A stretch of DNA of 64,000 bases, taken from assembly GCA_964016885.1 (NCBI GenBank), contig OZ024741.1:356376001-356440000 (forward strand). The letters run 5' to 3'. How positions within the stretch are numbered: the first letter of the stretch is position 1; every line of letters begins with the position of its first letter. This DNA comes from Eledone cirrhosa (lineage: Eukaryota). Shown here piece by piece: positions 1-12,289 of the stretch. The notes below the pieces were generated by a model. The model was given only the letters and a program-made list of their open reading frames with translations, was not told the origin of the DNA and searched no databases. Position numbers and translations under genes: made by a program.

Positions 1-710
1 AATGAAATATCCGTTAACTCGGGGAAACGAAGTAAGGAGTGCATGAAACTAGTTTCCAGCTGCAGCCACAAAAAATGATGGACTGACAGCAGTAGTGGTA
101 GATTTACGAGTAGGCGTAGATAAGGATGTGGTACTATTCACAAGTTTCTGGTTCCTGACATCTACCAAAAATGAAAAGTGCTGTAAGAAATCCGCACTGA
201 AAATAGGATGAGGTAGGTCGGCAATGACAAAAATCCATTTGAAATCTCGACTTAAAGCTAGGTCCAATGTTAAAGATATCTGTCCTTAAGTTTTTATAGA
301 AGACTGGTTTACTACATACAAAGAAATGCCGGAAAGAGTTGGCTTGGTATAGTTGAACCGTAAGGGCCAAATACTGCAACTTGATCCTGTGTCGACCATG
401 AATGATTTGTTTGAAACTCGGTCTCTGATGAAAAAAGCACGATAAGGTGAATTAATGAGGGAGAGATCTGCCATGCCCAGACTCTCCAATTTTAGTTTTC
501 CGAGGTCTCGAAAGAGCAGGGCTGAGTGCAATGCGTCGCCTTTTCACGAAAACGCATGTGATACCAACACAAAGACGAGTTGTTGGTGGGGAGGTTGGCG
601 CGACGGTGAAAGGAAGAAAACCGACTTCGTGAACGCCGTCTACATGGCGTTCGATCCCTACATAGTTTAGCTACTTGCCTAGTTAGCGTGTCAATGGCTC
701 TCAACATTGA
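1..710 (-). mobile_element. Ty3/Gypsy LTR retrotransposon gag-protease fragment, disrupted
   Basis: Minus ORFs in different frames: Gag Cys/His motif CWYHMRFREKATHCTQPCSF (492-707), aspartic protease FMVDTGSS (286-531), FVIAD..HPIFSADFL (49-267). Runs off the window start. Confidence 0.8.
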
Positions 711-749
711 GTCCTCACGAAGTGAAACAGGCTATTCCTAATCAGTTGT

Positions 750-860
750 GCTAAAACTCACTGTTACCTTCATAACTTGATCCATCCATTTGATGCCCCT
801 ATAATTGCTCCTTTCTAGAGCATCTCATTTGCCTTTATAACAGGTAATGATGATGCTGCA
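750..860 (-). mobile_element. Short RTE LINE fragment
   Basis: Reverse complement reads DALERSNYRGIK.MDQVMKVT, the motif seen in the RTE copies at ~5.95 kb and ~62.2 kb. Confidence 0.65.
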
Positions 861-1164
861 ATATGTTTATATTTATCTAAAACCTTCCCATCATAATTTT
901 CATGTATGAAACTTTGTTAAGTTAAACTTCAAACATGAGCTAAAATTTTGTTATATTACAAAATACCTCCAAATTTTTTTATTATTTTCAAAATTATTTT
1001 GAAAATCATAGGTATTTTGTTAGAAATCTGGTAACAAAAGTATTAAAGAGATAAATGGTGCAAACTATAAAGTATATTATACTTCTGGTTCATGTGTTCA
1101 TGAAAAATATTTTATTACCATATAATCCAAGCTAGTTTGCTTCATACTTTAACCCTGTATGTTT

Positions 1165-1935
1165 ATAATAATAATGAAATTATTGTGTACAGTGCTCAGG
1201 TGCACTACAACTCATCAAAGGTGCATGTATAGTACATAGAATAATGTACAAATGTCAGGAAAATGAACAGTGTATGAGTCATGATATAATAACAATAATG
1301 AAATACTGTGTACAGTGCCCAGGTGCACCACAACTCATCAAAAAAGTGCATGTACAGTACATAGGGCAATGCACAAACACCAGTAAAATGAACAGTGCAC
1401 GAGTCATGATACACACATGTGTGCATGTGTATGGAAGGAGTACATCAGGTGTAGTTTTGGCGTATTTCGGGAAGCATGAGTGTCTTAAAGGATGCAGTGT
1501 CTTGGCAGCTAACAATTGACGCAGGCAGTTTGTTCCATGCTTCAGCAACTCTGAGCGTGAAAAAATGTCTACGAAAGTCATGGGAGCTGTGCTGTTTTCT
1601 GATCTTGTAGGCATGTCCACGTGTGTTAGACACATGGCGATCAAAGAGGCGCTCAGGGTTGCAATTGGCGAGATGGTTAAAAACTTTGTGGGTATTCACC
1701 AAGTCCATTGCCAGACGTCGGAGCTTCAATGAATCCATGCCCAGGGAAGCAAGGCGTTCAGAGTATGGTAGGTGTCTGATGGAGGGTATGCGCTTGGTTG
1801 CACGTCTCTGAACAGTTTCCAGGAAGTCAATGTTCTGAGCAAGATAGGGGTTCCAGACTGATGATGCGAATTCCAAGTGTGGTCGTACCATAGCTGTATA
1901 CAGTTTTAAATAGATGGCTGGAGAGCGGCTAACAA
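1165..1935 (-). mobile_element. CR1/L2-type LINE 3' end, 5'-truncated
   Basis: ORF 1445-1891 (VRPHLEFASSVWNPY, VQRRATK, LPYSERL, TRGH, RVAEAWNKLP), a 3' UTR with an internal duplication and a (TTA)n tail; near-identical to the copy at 46.3-47.2 kb. Confidence 0.88.
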
Positions 1936-1989
1936 ATTAATTAATGAAACATTTTGAGTAATTTACAAAAGTGATTATTTCCTCGTGAA

Positions 1990-2260
1990 AGTGCGTGGCC
2001 TAGTGGTAAGGGTGTTGGACTTATGATTATAATGTTGTTCGATTCCTGGGCTAGGTTGCATGTTGTGTTCTTGTGTTCATTTCACATTGCTCCAGTATAC
2101 TCAGATGAAAACAAGTACCAGCAATAGCTGAGAGTTTAACCCTGCAATGGACTGGCATCCTGTCCAGGGGAAGTCTTGTACTTTCAGTCGCTTCACGCCA
2201 TGAAAACCAGGATAAGCACAGGCCTAATGCACCTCCTGGCTTAAGACAGACTTCAGACTT
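1990..2260 (+). mobile_element. tRNA-derived SINE with Meta-domain-like centre
   Basis: Pol III A box TGGCCTAGTGG and B box GTTCGATTCC, then AACCCTGCAATGGACTGGCATCCTGTCCAGGGG..AGTCGCTTCA..GGATAAGC, resembling the MetaSINE central domain as recalled. A degenerate minus copy lies at ~33.8-33.98 kb. Confidence 0.55.
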
Positions 2261-2964
2261 TTTAGATTATTTCATTAGTAAGTAAAATCATGAAGAAAGA
2301 TTTGAATTTATAAAGGCTCTTTAAAATAAGTGACTTTGTTTCATAAAACGAGAACTGGTTTTGGCCATGTTGGTATCAAATGGTCAACTCAGGTGTAGGA
2401 AGACCTTTTTAGTAACTAGGGTAAATTGCAAGTACATAGGAAGCTGAGGAGGTACATCTGTACTGAGAAAAATAATGTATCTTTATTTTTACAAATTCAT
2501 AGGTATACCACTTATATTAAATTATTGGTTTAGTTTTAGGGGATTAAACCTTTCATTACCATATTTCTAATGAAAGACACAGCCTATGATTTTCAATTTA
2601 TTTTTAAATAATTAAGAATTTGGAGGAATCTTATAAAATAACTTTTTTATTAAGATAATGTTTAGAATATAACAAATGTTCTTACATAAAAATAATGATG
2701 GAACGTTTTTAAAAAATATAAACACTAACCTCGTTGTCACCATATTTCTAATTAAATAATTTTGAAAATAATCAAGTATTTGGAGAGATTTAGTAAAATA
2801 ACTAACTTTCTCATTATTAAGCTGGTGTTTGTAGCATAACTTAAGCAAGGTTCTTACATGAAATTATGATGGAAGGCTTTTAAATAAATATGAACACTTT
2901 AAATCAAACAGTTTTATATTGTAGGACAAGGAACATTTTCAGGTATCAAAAGGGCTAAATAAAA

Positions 2965-3150
2965 TAATTGTTTCTATTTTTTGGCACAAGGCCAGCAATT
3001 ATCCCAGTACATTACTGGTACTTTATTTTATCGACCCCGTAAGGATGAAAGGTAAAGTTAACTTTGGCGAGATTTGAACTCAGACCGTAAAGGGACGTAA
3101 CTATGCTGGAAAGCATGGTGTCCGACCCTCTACTGATACTGCCAACTCAC
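2965..3150 (-). mobile_element. SINE family with Nin/Deu-like centre (many copies)
   Basis: Motif GAGTTCAAAT..GTTAACTTT(A/G)CCTTTCATCCTTACGGGGTCGATAAAATAAAGTACCAG recurs at ~9.8, 16.7, 19.1, 28.1, 29.7, 34.9, 39.9, 55.8 and 57.55 kb. Confidence 0.7.
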
Positions 3151-3220
3151 CAATGATATACTGGTATGTATACAGAGAGAGACATACATTTTATAGAAAA
3201 ATAGATTTGAAGTTACATAC

Positions 3221-3416
3221 CAGCATCAAATACAGGATTATTCTCAAGACTTGTCACAGCAGTCACAACAGCATCTATTGCACTTCCATTTTGTTGTAAT
3301 TTCATAAATCCTAAATTAGCTGCCTGTTTTACTCCTTCTCTGCTTCTGTCAGCTATATCATCAGGTATAGCCCACGCTCCACCATGGATTACTATAATTG
3401 GTTTCATATCATTCAT
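3221..3416 (-). CDS. ASRGL1: Isoaspartyl peptidase/L-asparaginase (type 2 asparaginase), first coding exon; gene continues beyond the window start
   Basis: MNDMKPIIVIHGGAWAIPD..G...AA..G...L...GSAIDAV..AV..LENNPVFDAG is the family N-terminus. Acceptor ttttttttag| before 3452 (36 nt of UTR, then ATG 3416); phase-1 donor G|GTATGT at 3220. Confidence 0.88.
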
Positions 3417-3643
3417 ACTTCACTCCCTTCTTCCTGTGGCAAGAATTTGTTCCTAAAAAAATAAAAATTAAAACCCAGATATACATACATATAAACCCAG
3501 ATATACATACTAGACCACCCGTGACCCGTTGGGTCATGTTCACTTTAAATAATTAAAATATACAGACATGTATATAATGTATATATATGGGTCTTCCAGT
3601 TTCATTTCACGTGTATATGTGTGTTTGTATATATATATATATA

Positions 3644-4685
3644 CTAGCAGCAGTACCCAGCGTTGCCTGGGTAGGTAAAATAATATCTGCTTTGATGAAA
3701 AGGTGTTGATCTTAGTGACTGCTTCTCGATGACTCATCTATGGCCACACACAAGCCATGCAGAGGAGGATGGTGATGACCTCTATCACTGAGAAACGCAG
3801 ATGACTGACGAAGGGGCATGCTGGGGGAGGGAGGTAATGACCTCTAACACTAAGCCAAATTTCCTCACGCTACTTGATTGGAAACTGATGAATTCTCAAA
3901 TACACAACTAAAAGCTCAGACGACGTCAGTGGCTATCATTTTGCCTTTGACCATCTATAAGATGTGCAATGATAGGTTCTATCGTAGTATAAAAGTTGAA
4001 CCAAATAAATTGATTTATATGTGAGGTGGAGCTGAAGTTTCGAATTTGAACGAAATCGGTTGAAAAATGTGGGAGCTAGAGCCGAAAAGGCGGAAATTTG
4101 AGCGAAAAGGTGGTATTTTCGAATATTCAAGCGGCTGCCACGCCGTTCCTGAACAAAAAATCCAAAACGTGAAGCCACTTTAAAACGTGAAATAATCAGA
4201 TCTAGTGTAGTGTAAAATTTGAACAAAGTAGGTTGATTAATGTGGGAGCTAGAGCCGAAAAAGTGGAAATTTGAGTCTAAAAGTGGTATTTTTGAATATT
4301 TAAGCGGCTGCCACGCCGTCCCTGAACAACAAATGCAAAATATAAAGCCGTTACAGGATGTGCAATGATAAATTCTATTTTGCTTTAAAATTTGAAAGAA
4401 ATCGGTGGCAAAATGTGGGAGCTAGAGCCAAAAAATCTTATTTTTCGATATCTAAAAAAAGGTGACCCACCTATCGATTTTTATCTGCAGAATGACCCCG
4501 GAATAAAAAAAACAATACGCTGATATATAGAAAACACTCCCCAATGACTAATCTATGAGCCTGTAAGGTTTCATGAAAATCGGTTGTAAAATGTAGGCCC
4601 CTAGAGGTAATACACAGACACACAGACACACACATACTTAATTTTATATATTTTTATATATATACAGATATATATATATAGTATA
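3644..4685 (-). mobile_element. Second Helitron-like non-autonomous element nested in the first unit
   Basis: CTAG followed by hairpin TACCCAG..CTGGGTA at 3644-3672, three internal AATGTGGGAGCTAGAGCC repeats and an (ACAG/AC)n tract near the other end. A similar terminus occurs at ~26937. Confidence 0.45.
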
Positions 4686-5364
4686 TAAGAGGGATAAGTT
4701 GTAGTGTGCGGGAGAGAAGACTGCGGAGGTTGACTGCTGGGTAAAGAAGTGCCAAGAAATGCCAGTTGAAGGAAGACCACAAAAAACACGGGCGGAGGTG
4801 GTGAGAGCGGACCTCAGATCGCTGAAGCTCACGGAGGAGATGATGAAGGACTGTGACAAGTGAAGAGATGCAGTGCTGAATAGGACTCGTCCGACCCTTG
4901 CAAGCAGGGAAAAGCGGTCTCTTCCATTCTCCTTCTCCTCTCCCTCTCTTTATGTCTTTCTTTCTCTGTTTATGAACGTACCCGGAAAAACCCCATATCT
5001 TGGGAATCCGTGGTCCAATTTATATGAAACTTGTTTTATTTCATTTGTATTCCTATTTCAGTGTCAACTTCCTTTCACAGTATTTTCCCATTATGTGCCC
5101 TTTTGGGTTTATTACATTACAGACAAGCAAGCAAGCAATCACAGACTTTTAGTAATATACTAGACCACCTGTGACCTGTTGGGTCACGTTCACTTCCAAA
5201 TATTTAAAAAAATCATGTTCACTTAAAAATAATTTTTAAATAATTAAAGCATACATACATGTATATAATGTGAAATGAAACTGGAAGGCCCATATATATA
5301 CATGTGTGTATGGATATATATATATGATTGTGCGAGTGTGTGTGTGTGTATATATATATATATC

Positions 5365-7425
5365 GGAGTAGATAGGGTCATTAGAGACAAAAGACTAGCA
5401 TGGAAGGCTTGGAAAAAGGGTGGGAGTAGAGAAGGATATACAGCCGCTAAGAGAGAAGCTAGACGTCAGGGAGGCTGAGAGTAAGAGATTTGCCAATGTT
5501 CTGCAACGGGAAGATCAGAGGCGTGCGGTGTTCCACATTGCAAGGCGGTGTGTCAATGCAAATCAGGATGTTGTTGGAGATAAATGTGTCCGGAATGATG
5601 CCGGTGTACTTAGTGTCACGAATGATCAGAAAAAGGAGGCCTGGAAATGTCATTATGAGAGACTGATGAATGTGGAGAACGAATGGAAGAGAGAGAAATT
5701 ACCCTCAGTAGATCCGATAGAGGGACCAGCTATTGAGATTGACAAATATAGGGTCCAAGAGGCGATTAAGGAAATGAAAAATGGTAAGGTTGCTGGACCT
5801 TCGGGGATAGTTGCTGAGATGCTGAAGGCATCAGGGGACGTAGGCACTAAACTGGTTGCACGCATCATCAATCAGGCTATATATGGCGGTGTCATACCCA
5901 AAGACTGGTGCAGCAATATTCTCATAAATTGCTATAAAGGTAAAGGGGATGCTCTGGAGAGGAGCAATTATAGGGGTATAAAACTGATGGATCAGGTTAT
6001 GAAAGTGGCAGAAAGGATATTAACACAACTAATTAGAGAAAGGGTCAAACTAGATGAGATGCAGTTTGGTTTTGTGCCTGGGAAAAGTACAACAGATGCC
6101 CTTTTCTTGGTGAGACAATTACAAAAGAGGTTCTTAGAGAAGAATAAGCCACTATACTTAGCTTTTGTTGACCTAGAGAAAGCTTTGATAGGATACCCCG
6201 ATCTGTCATCTGGTGGTCCCTAAGGAAACTAGGTGTTGAGGAATGGCTTGTGAGGACAGTGCAAACTTTGTACAGAGGTGCTGTCAGTAAAGTCGGGTAG
6301 GAATGGAGTTTAGTGAGGAATTCCAGATACAAGTAGGAGTACATCAAAGTTCAGTCCTCAGCCTGCTCTTGTTCATTATAGTTCTCTAAGCCATAACAGA
6401 GGAGTTTAAGACTGGCTGTCCATGGGAACTTCTCTATGCTGACGATCTGGTTCTTATAGCAGAATCAGTAGAGGAGCTAGAGAATAAATTCTGGCTATGG
6501 AAACAGCAGTTGGAAGCAAGAGGACTGAGAGTGAACCTAGCTAAGACAAAAGTGTTGATGAGTAGAAAAGAGGACAAAACTCTGATTCCGTCAGGAAAAT
6601 GGCCATGTTCGATATGCAGAAAAGGAACTGGCATAAATTCCATAAAATGCACACAATGCAGATCCTGGGTACACAAGAGATGTAGTGGGATAGCAGGAAA
6701 ACTAACAAGTAGGGAGAAATACGTATGCAGTAGATGTACAGGGAAATTAGACAGTAGAAGTCACATTGATAGACACATTTTTCAAATGCAGGCGGATGCT
6801 ATAGAAGTGGTGGATAGCTTCCGGTACCTAGGAGATCAGATTAGCATGGGAGGGGGGTGTTCCGAGGCCATAGTATCTAGAATAAGGACTGGTTAGAAGA
6901 AGTTTAGGGAGCTGCTTCTTCTGCTGACAAAGAAAGGTTTCTCCCTGCATACGCAAGGCCAGTTATATGATGCCTGTGTGAGGAGCGCGATGCTGCATGG
7001 TAGTGAGACTTGGGCAGCAACTGCAGAGGATATGCGACGGCTGGAGAAAAATGAGGCAAGCATCCTCCGTTGGATATGCAATGTCAATGTGCATGAACGA
7101 CTGAGCATGAATGTGTTAGGAGAGAAACTGTCTGAGAGGGATAGAATGTAGTGTGCGAGAAAGGAGACTGAGGTGGTATGGACATGTGATGCGCATGGAG
7201 GATGACCGATGGGTGAAGAAGTGCCAGGAAATGCCAGTTGATGGAAGACGTGGTAGAGGTAGACCACGAAAAACATGGGTGGAGGTGGTCAGAACAGACC
7301 CCAGATTGCTGAAGCTCACGGTGGAGATGACGAAGGACCGTGACAAGTGGAGAGATGCTGTGCTGAATAAGACCCGTCCCACCCTTGCAAGCAGGGAAAA
7401 GCGGACGTAAAATGATGATGATGAT
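5365..7425 (+). mobile_element. RTE-clade LINE, 5'-truncated, disrupted ORF2
   Basis: RT motifs (GKVAGPSGI, NYRGIKL, QFGFVPGKSTTD, FVDLEKA, GVHQ.SVLS, LYADDL), a Cys-rich finger, RRLRWYGHVMR, GRPRKTW and an (ATG)n tail; several stops and frameshifts. Confidence 0.9.
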
Positions 7426-8017
7426 ATATATATATGTGGGTGTCTGTGATCTATATACACTGGTCATAGACACACTCACATATACACACACACACAAATT
7501 TATATACACAACACCACCAGTTCTCTCTTCCATTCTCCTTCTCCTCTCCCTCTCTCTCTGTGTTTCTCTTTCAATCTACTCTCTCACAACCACTATCTCT
7601 TACTCGCTATTTAAGAAGGTACCTGGAAAAACCTGCTATCTAGGCAACCCGTGCGCCGATTAACGCAAAACTTGTTTTATACCATTTATATTCCCATTTC
7701 AGGAGCAACTTCCTTTCAAAGTATTTCCCCATTATGCACTCCTTTTGGTTGTATTACATTACAGACAAGGAAGCAAGCAAGCAATCACAGAGTTTCAGTA
7801 GTATATAGATAGATAGATGTACTCATACATATATGCTAAGACAATATATAAACAACCAACCGGTTATTGAAACAACCAACTGGAAATTTCTAATAAATTG
7901 AAGTAAAAACTAACATGTGTGTGTGTTTCTTCTATTGGCAGCATGACCCTCCCAAAGTACAATATGTTTCAACACGTTTTCAGATAAGATATCTTGCAAA
8001 ACAAATTCAAAAACGAA

Positions 8018-8018
<1 letters not shown>

Positions 8019-8083
<65 letters not shown>
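8019..8083. repeat. (TA)n microsatellite
   Basis: Pure TA run; others at 13246-13328 and 18047-18097. Confidence 0.95.
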
Positions 8084-8086
<3 letters not shown>

Positions 8087-8207
8087 TAGTAACACAACAG
8101 TTAGTTCGCCATACCGAGAACAATTGTTTCACCTTATGCGGATCTGAAGATCCTCAAACATGGACTGAGTGCTCTACCACTACGGATGTTACCTTCCAGT
8201 GTTCTAC

Positions 8208-8238
<31 letters not shown>

Positions 8239-8239
8239 C

Positions 8240-9300
8240 TGGGGGGGGGGGGCCTTGGTCTTCGTAAGTGTTCATCCATCTCTCTCCCCTGCTTCCTTTC
8301 CTCCACCCACGCTTGCTCCACCGTGGTGAGCAGCATCCTCTCCTCTCCAACATGGACTAGTTCCAACAGGGAGTTGGGTCAAGATCTCCAGCAATGGAGT
8401 AAGTAGGGCTTGTCTCTTCCTGAGAAGGTGGAGGACAGTCGAAGTCAGACAACTTGGGACAGCATAAGTTCGAAGGCCACCTTCGACTCCCTCTTGGTCC
8501 AGTCAGATCAGTTTGCTAGGTGCTGCTTACTATCTGCCAGCGCCAAATACTCAGGCGACTAGGTTGATGCCCTATCCGTGGTCAACGTCGGTGGCCTACT
8601 CAGCCTGGACAAACTTCGTGTGTCCATCCCTCTCAGAGTGGGAGCTGACGTCTGCATGGGCTTGAGGTGGTGATCGGCAAACTCCTCGGCTCCATAGTAT
8701 TTCTTGCTGCCCGCTTCGCGCGTCACACGGGGCTAAACCTCATTCCGAAGAGAGCTTTGGCCCGGGCGAACATCCCCTCAGTCTTGGAACCATCTGGATT
8801 GTCCAGAAGTGACGGCAAAAGACCTGACGGCCTTAACCTGTGCTCCTGGTCGAGAGGCAGGTGCCTGTCTGGGACGTCACTGTTAGTGACTCTTTTGCTT
8901 TTTCCCCACATCCTGGATGCTGCGGTTAGGACGAGAGCCACAGCTTCCGCAGCCGAGCGGAGTAAGACCCTCAAATACTCTGATCTGTCGGTCAGCTACA
9001 TTTTTTAGCCTGTGGCTTTCGAGACGTTTGGGGGAGTCGGGCCGCTGACTGCGAGGTTCCTCTCGTCACTGGCGACTCGCCTAATAGAGGTAACTGGCGA
9101 ATCTCGCGAGGGCGCTTGGCTGTTCCAGCGCATTAGCCTCGCCATCAACCCAGGCAACGCTGCGAGTGTGCTGGCTTGCCTCAAAAATCATTAGAGAAGT
9201 TGCCCAGTACTCCTCGCGATGTTGCTGTCTTTTGCTCTGGTGTTGGCTCGGTTGTTCACTCCTTCCTTTACATTTTCTTTGATATTGTAACATTAAAAGA
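8240..9300 (+). mobile_element. CRE-like non-LTR retrotransposon 3' part (restriction-like endonuclease), degenerate
   Basis: LEPSGLSRSDGKRPDGL..W..G...WDVT and AFETFG..GP...FL..L..RL...TGE.RE.AWLFQRISLAI..GNAASVL; starts immediately after a (TA)n run. Confidence 0.6.
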
Positions 9301-9995
9301 ATATATCTTTCTGAATGAATCGCGAGCAATTTATGTTATCTGAGCATTTGTAATGTTATTTATGTATATATTTAAAACATATTTGTTATGTTATTCTACT
9401 GTAAATTTATTTATATGCTCTGTTTATATTTTCATTCTGAAAGAATTGCAAATGATTTGTAATGTTATTTATACAACATCGTTTACATATTAATGAAACA
9501 CAAGTTATGTAATAAATATTGATCCTTCAATTTATAAATGTAAAGTTGATACACCCATAACTAGAAATGATTACCATCAACTAAAGTAAATAAAATTTTT
9601 CCTCGTAATCATCTCACTTTAAGGGGATGAAAAAAAGCCCACTAGTCCACTTGAAAATAAGACGAAATGGTTACGACTGGATTAACTTTTATGAAAGGTC
9701 GTCCGTCGGCTCGGTTAGGGCTGACCTGGAGCTAAACAACGTGACGTTTCCATTCTCTTTTAAATAAACAGATAGTTTCTAGAATAAGGCCAGCAATTTG
9801 GTGGGGGAGAGTAGAGAAATTAAACCCCTAGTACTTGACTTGCACTTTATTGTATAGACCACGGAAGGATGAAAGACAAAGTTGACCTCGGCAAAAAGAA
9901 ATGACAAATATATCAACTTACCTGAGTGTTTAATGATCTTATAGAAAATATATTTCCGAAGGGGAAAATTGAAAAAAAATGAATATTTTTTTAAA

Positions 9996-10226
9996 CTAGG
10001 CGGGTACTTGAGATTGAACTGAAGGTTCTTGAGAACAAGTTATGCCAGTTTCTTCCTCAATTTTTTTCTGAATTTTAGCAGCCTTCTTATCATAAAAGTT
10101 TTTCATTTTCTTCAAATAGTTTACACGTACAGTTTTCAATCTGAAACCCGTTACAACACCTATAGCAAAAGCAACTGAAGCGATTATAATAATTTCTTTG
10201 CCGGTGGCTTGTATTTGGGCAAGCAT
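9996..10226 (-). CDS. MTLN: Mitoregulin-like single-pass microprotein (76 aa)
   Basis: Intact ORF (AAAATGC start, TAG stop). Hydrophobic segment IIIIASVAFAIGVVTGF followed by a basic helix. Ungapped hand alignment to human MTLN as recalled (VAFASGVLLGWQANRLRRRYLDWRKRRLQDKLAATQKKLD) gives 16 identities in 40 positions. Confidence 0.75.
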   Translation of the reverse strand: MLAQIQATGKEIIIIASVAFAIGVVTGFRLKTVRVNYLKKMKNFYDKKAAKIQKKIEEETGITCSQEPSVQSQVPA

Positions 10227-10239
10227 TTTCGACCGAGAC

Positions 10240-10370
10240 CATATAAAAACTAAATAGAAAAGTACGGAATACGAAACGCGTCACTTATGTATAAATCATG
10301 AGCATGTGTATCCGGTTAGAGGTAGTACTCTGTATCGTGCGCGTCATAAAAGACGGCCTAGTTGTTAAGT
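10240..10370 (-). promoter_or_regulatory. Candidate promoter of the MTLN-like/ASRGL1 unit
   Basis: Non-repetitive CpG-enriched patch (TGACGCGT, TGACGCGCAC) directly upstream of the ORF in CpG-poor DNA. Confidence 0.35.
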
Positions 10371-10399
10371 GTACTTTTTTAAAACTTTTATTATTGTAT

Positions 10400-11150
10400 T
10401 GCATTAGAGTAAACAAGTATTAAGATAAAACATACAAATAAAACCAATTTATATAAAAAGTGGGAGAAGAGACGCACACCAAATTGCTGCAGATGATAGC
10501 ATGGCTAAAGCGTCGGAATAACCAAGCACCCTCGCGGGCATCACCAGATACGTCGTTTAGGCGAGCTGCCAACAATGAGAAGAACGTCATTGGCAACCGC
10601 ACAACTCCCCTAATCGATTCAAATGCAACAGGCTAAAAAAGATAATTTACCAATAATTCCTGGTATTTTAGAATTTTATTCTGTTCAGCTACGGATGCCG
10701 TGACCCTCAACTTCTCCGCAACATTCAGGGTAAGGGTAGGAGCGAAAGAGTCAGTGACTGTGGTGTCCCAAATACGACATCTACCTCTTAGCTACGGTCA
10801 AAGCTCATTCAGATGAAGTAGGCCGTCGATGTTGACTACAGACAACGTATCATCGTCCCACCCCAACCAAGAATTTTACACTCCCAGAAAATAGGCTGTC
10901 CCTCGAGAATTTATTAGATTGATTAAAGAGAATGTTAAAAGTGTCTTTCGAACATAATTTGTCCCAGATTTTCTATCTAAATCTATCCTGCTTTGCACCT
11001 GGAACTAACAAATCCAGCTCCTTAGCTCACCTCCATTTAAGTAGAGCTTCCTCCACGTCCCTGTTTGAGCAAATCCATGTTGGAAAGGAAAAAATGTTAC
11101 CCACCAGAAGCGAGCAAGCATGGAACCGAGTTTGTATACACTATCAATAG
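10400..11150 (-). mobile_element. Second CRE-like element remnant
   Basis: LAARLNDVSGDAREGAWLFRRFSHAI and IWDTTVTDSFAP parallel the 8.7-9.2 kb element. Confidence 0.55.
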
Positions 11151-12289
11151 CTATAAACTGCTATTCTCTCTGTAATCAGGTAATTTAGTAATCATTCTCT
11201 AATGAAGTTGTAAATAACACTGAAAATCGTCAGATTGATCTCCTTATTTTTAGCCACATTTAGGAGAAATGTAGTTTACCTACAGTATCTAATTTTTACA
11301 ATGACGCTCATCATGTGTTTATAAAAATCGCACCCCTATAAGTTTACCTTACATCATTTATTGAAACATTGAACATTGATTCTATTAATTTAATTAATCT
11401 ACGTAGCTAACTATTGTATTGTTATGCAAATTAGAGGAAATTAGTTTAGTTCTATCGAAATTAGTGTATACAATAAATAATTATAAGCTTCTATTCTCTC
11501 TCCAGTTGGGAGATTGAGTAACCAATATATGACGAAACAATTTTTTAAAATGTTGAAACTAATCAAGTCAAAATCCTATTTCTGACCACAAAGAGAAAAC
11601 ATGGGATTATGGTATTTCAGTTCTTATAACCTTATGGTTGATTACTCTGGCTTAGATAATATTGCTTCCAGTATGGCACGCTACGACAGAAGAAAGCACA
11701 CACCTACATTTGTAACGAAGGGTATTTTATATGAAATTAGTGAGAATGATAATATTTGTATTTGTGTATCAACCGAAGTCACCAATTGAAGCGAAGGTGG
11801 TTAGTAGTTATCGTTAGATGAAATAACATGAATAGCTGGTTTACTTTGGATATAAAAGGTTTACTGCACTTCACTTCATAAATAAACAAAGAACAGATTA
11901 TTAAGAGTTATAAGGGTTGAAGGTATTTTTGATGTTGCTTCTTGATGCTGGTGTAGTCTGAGACCAGGAGAGAGAGTAAAGGTTTGTAGTTGTCTGTAGA
12001 CCCCAGTGGCCTGTAGTTATAGGTGAATGTTTTACATAGCTCTTCTCTGGCGTACGGCTCCAATCTTTCTGTGTGTTAGAAGTGGGATGATAGAGGCATT
12101 TTATACCTGTCGTTTTCTGTTTCCCGCCACAAAGGATCGCCCACGTACGAACTTGTTTACGCCGAAAAGGAGGCGACCCGGAATTTGACCTTTCTGTGTC
12201 ACCCAGGGTTCAAGGCATGGACAGATTTCGCTACACACTGACCCCCCATCATGCTCAGCAGTTTGCAAATTCTACTTGTTGCTGTCTGG

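Larger units (their letters stand above)
3510..7818 (-). mobile_element. Two tandem non-autonomous Helitron-like units with nested insertions
   Basis: Each unit ends in a hairpin (GTGACC..TGGGTCA) next to CTAG (3510 and 5160) and begins near TCTAT/TATATTACTAAAAG. Same family on the plus strand at 35636-39041. Confidence 0.6.

Noticed and set aside
1990-2055. tRNA gene (also ~44390)
   Set aside because: A/B boxes are present but there is no full cloverleaf; these are SINE heads.
1-3220. Further ASRGL1 exons (GSVL..EMDA)
   Set aside because: Not found; the segment is TE-derived or intronic, so the next exon probably lies outside the window.
10090-10284. 64-aa ORF overlapping the microprotein in another frame
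   Set aside because: GTG start and no homology; its internal ATG could at most be a regulatory uATG.
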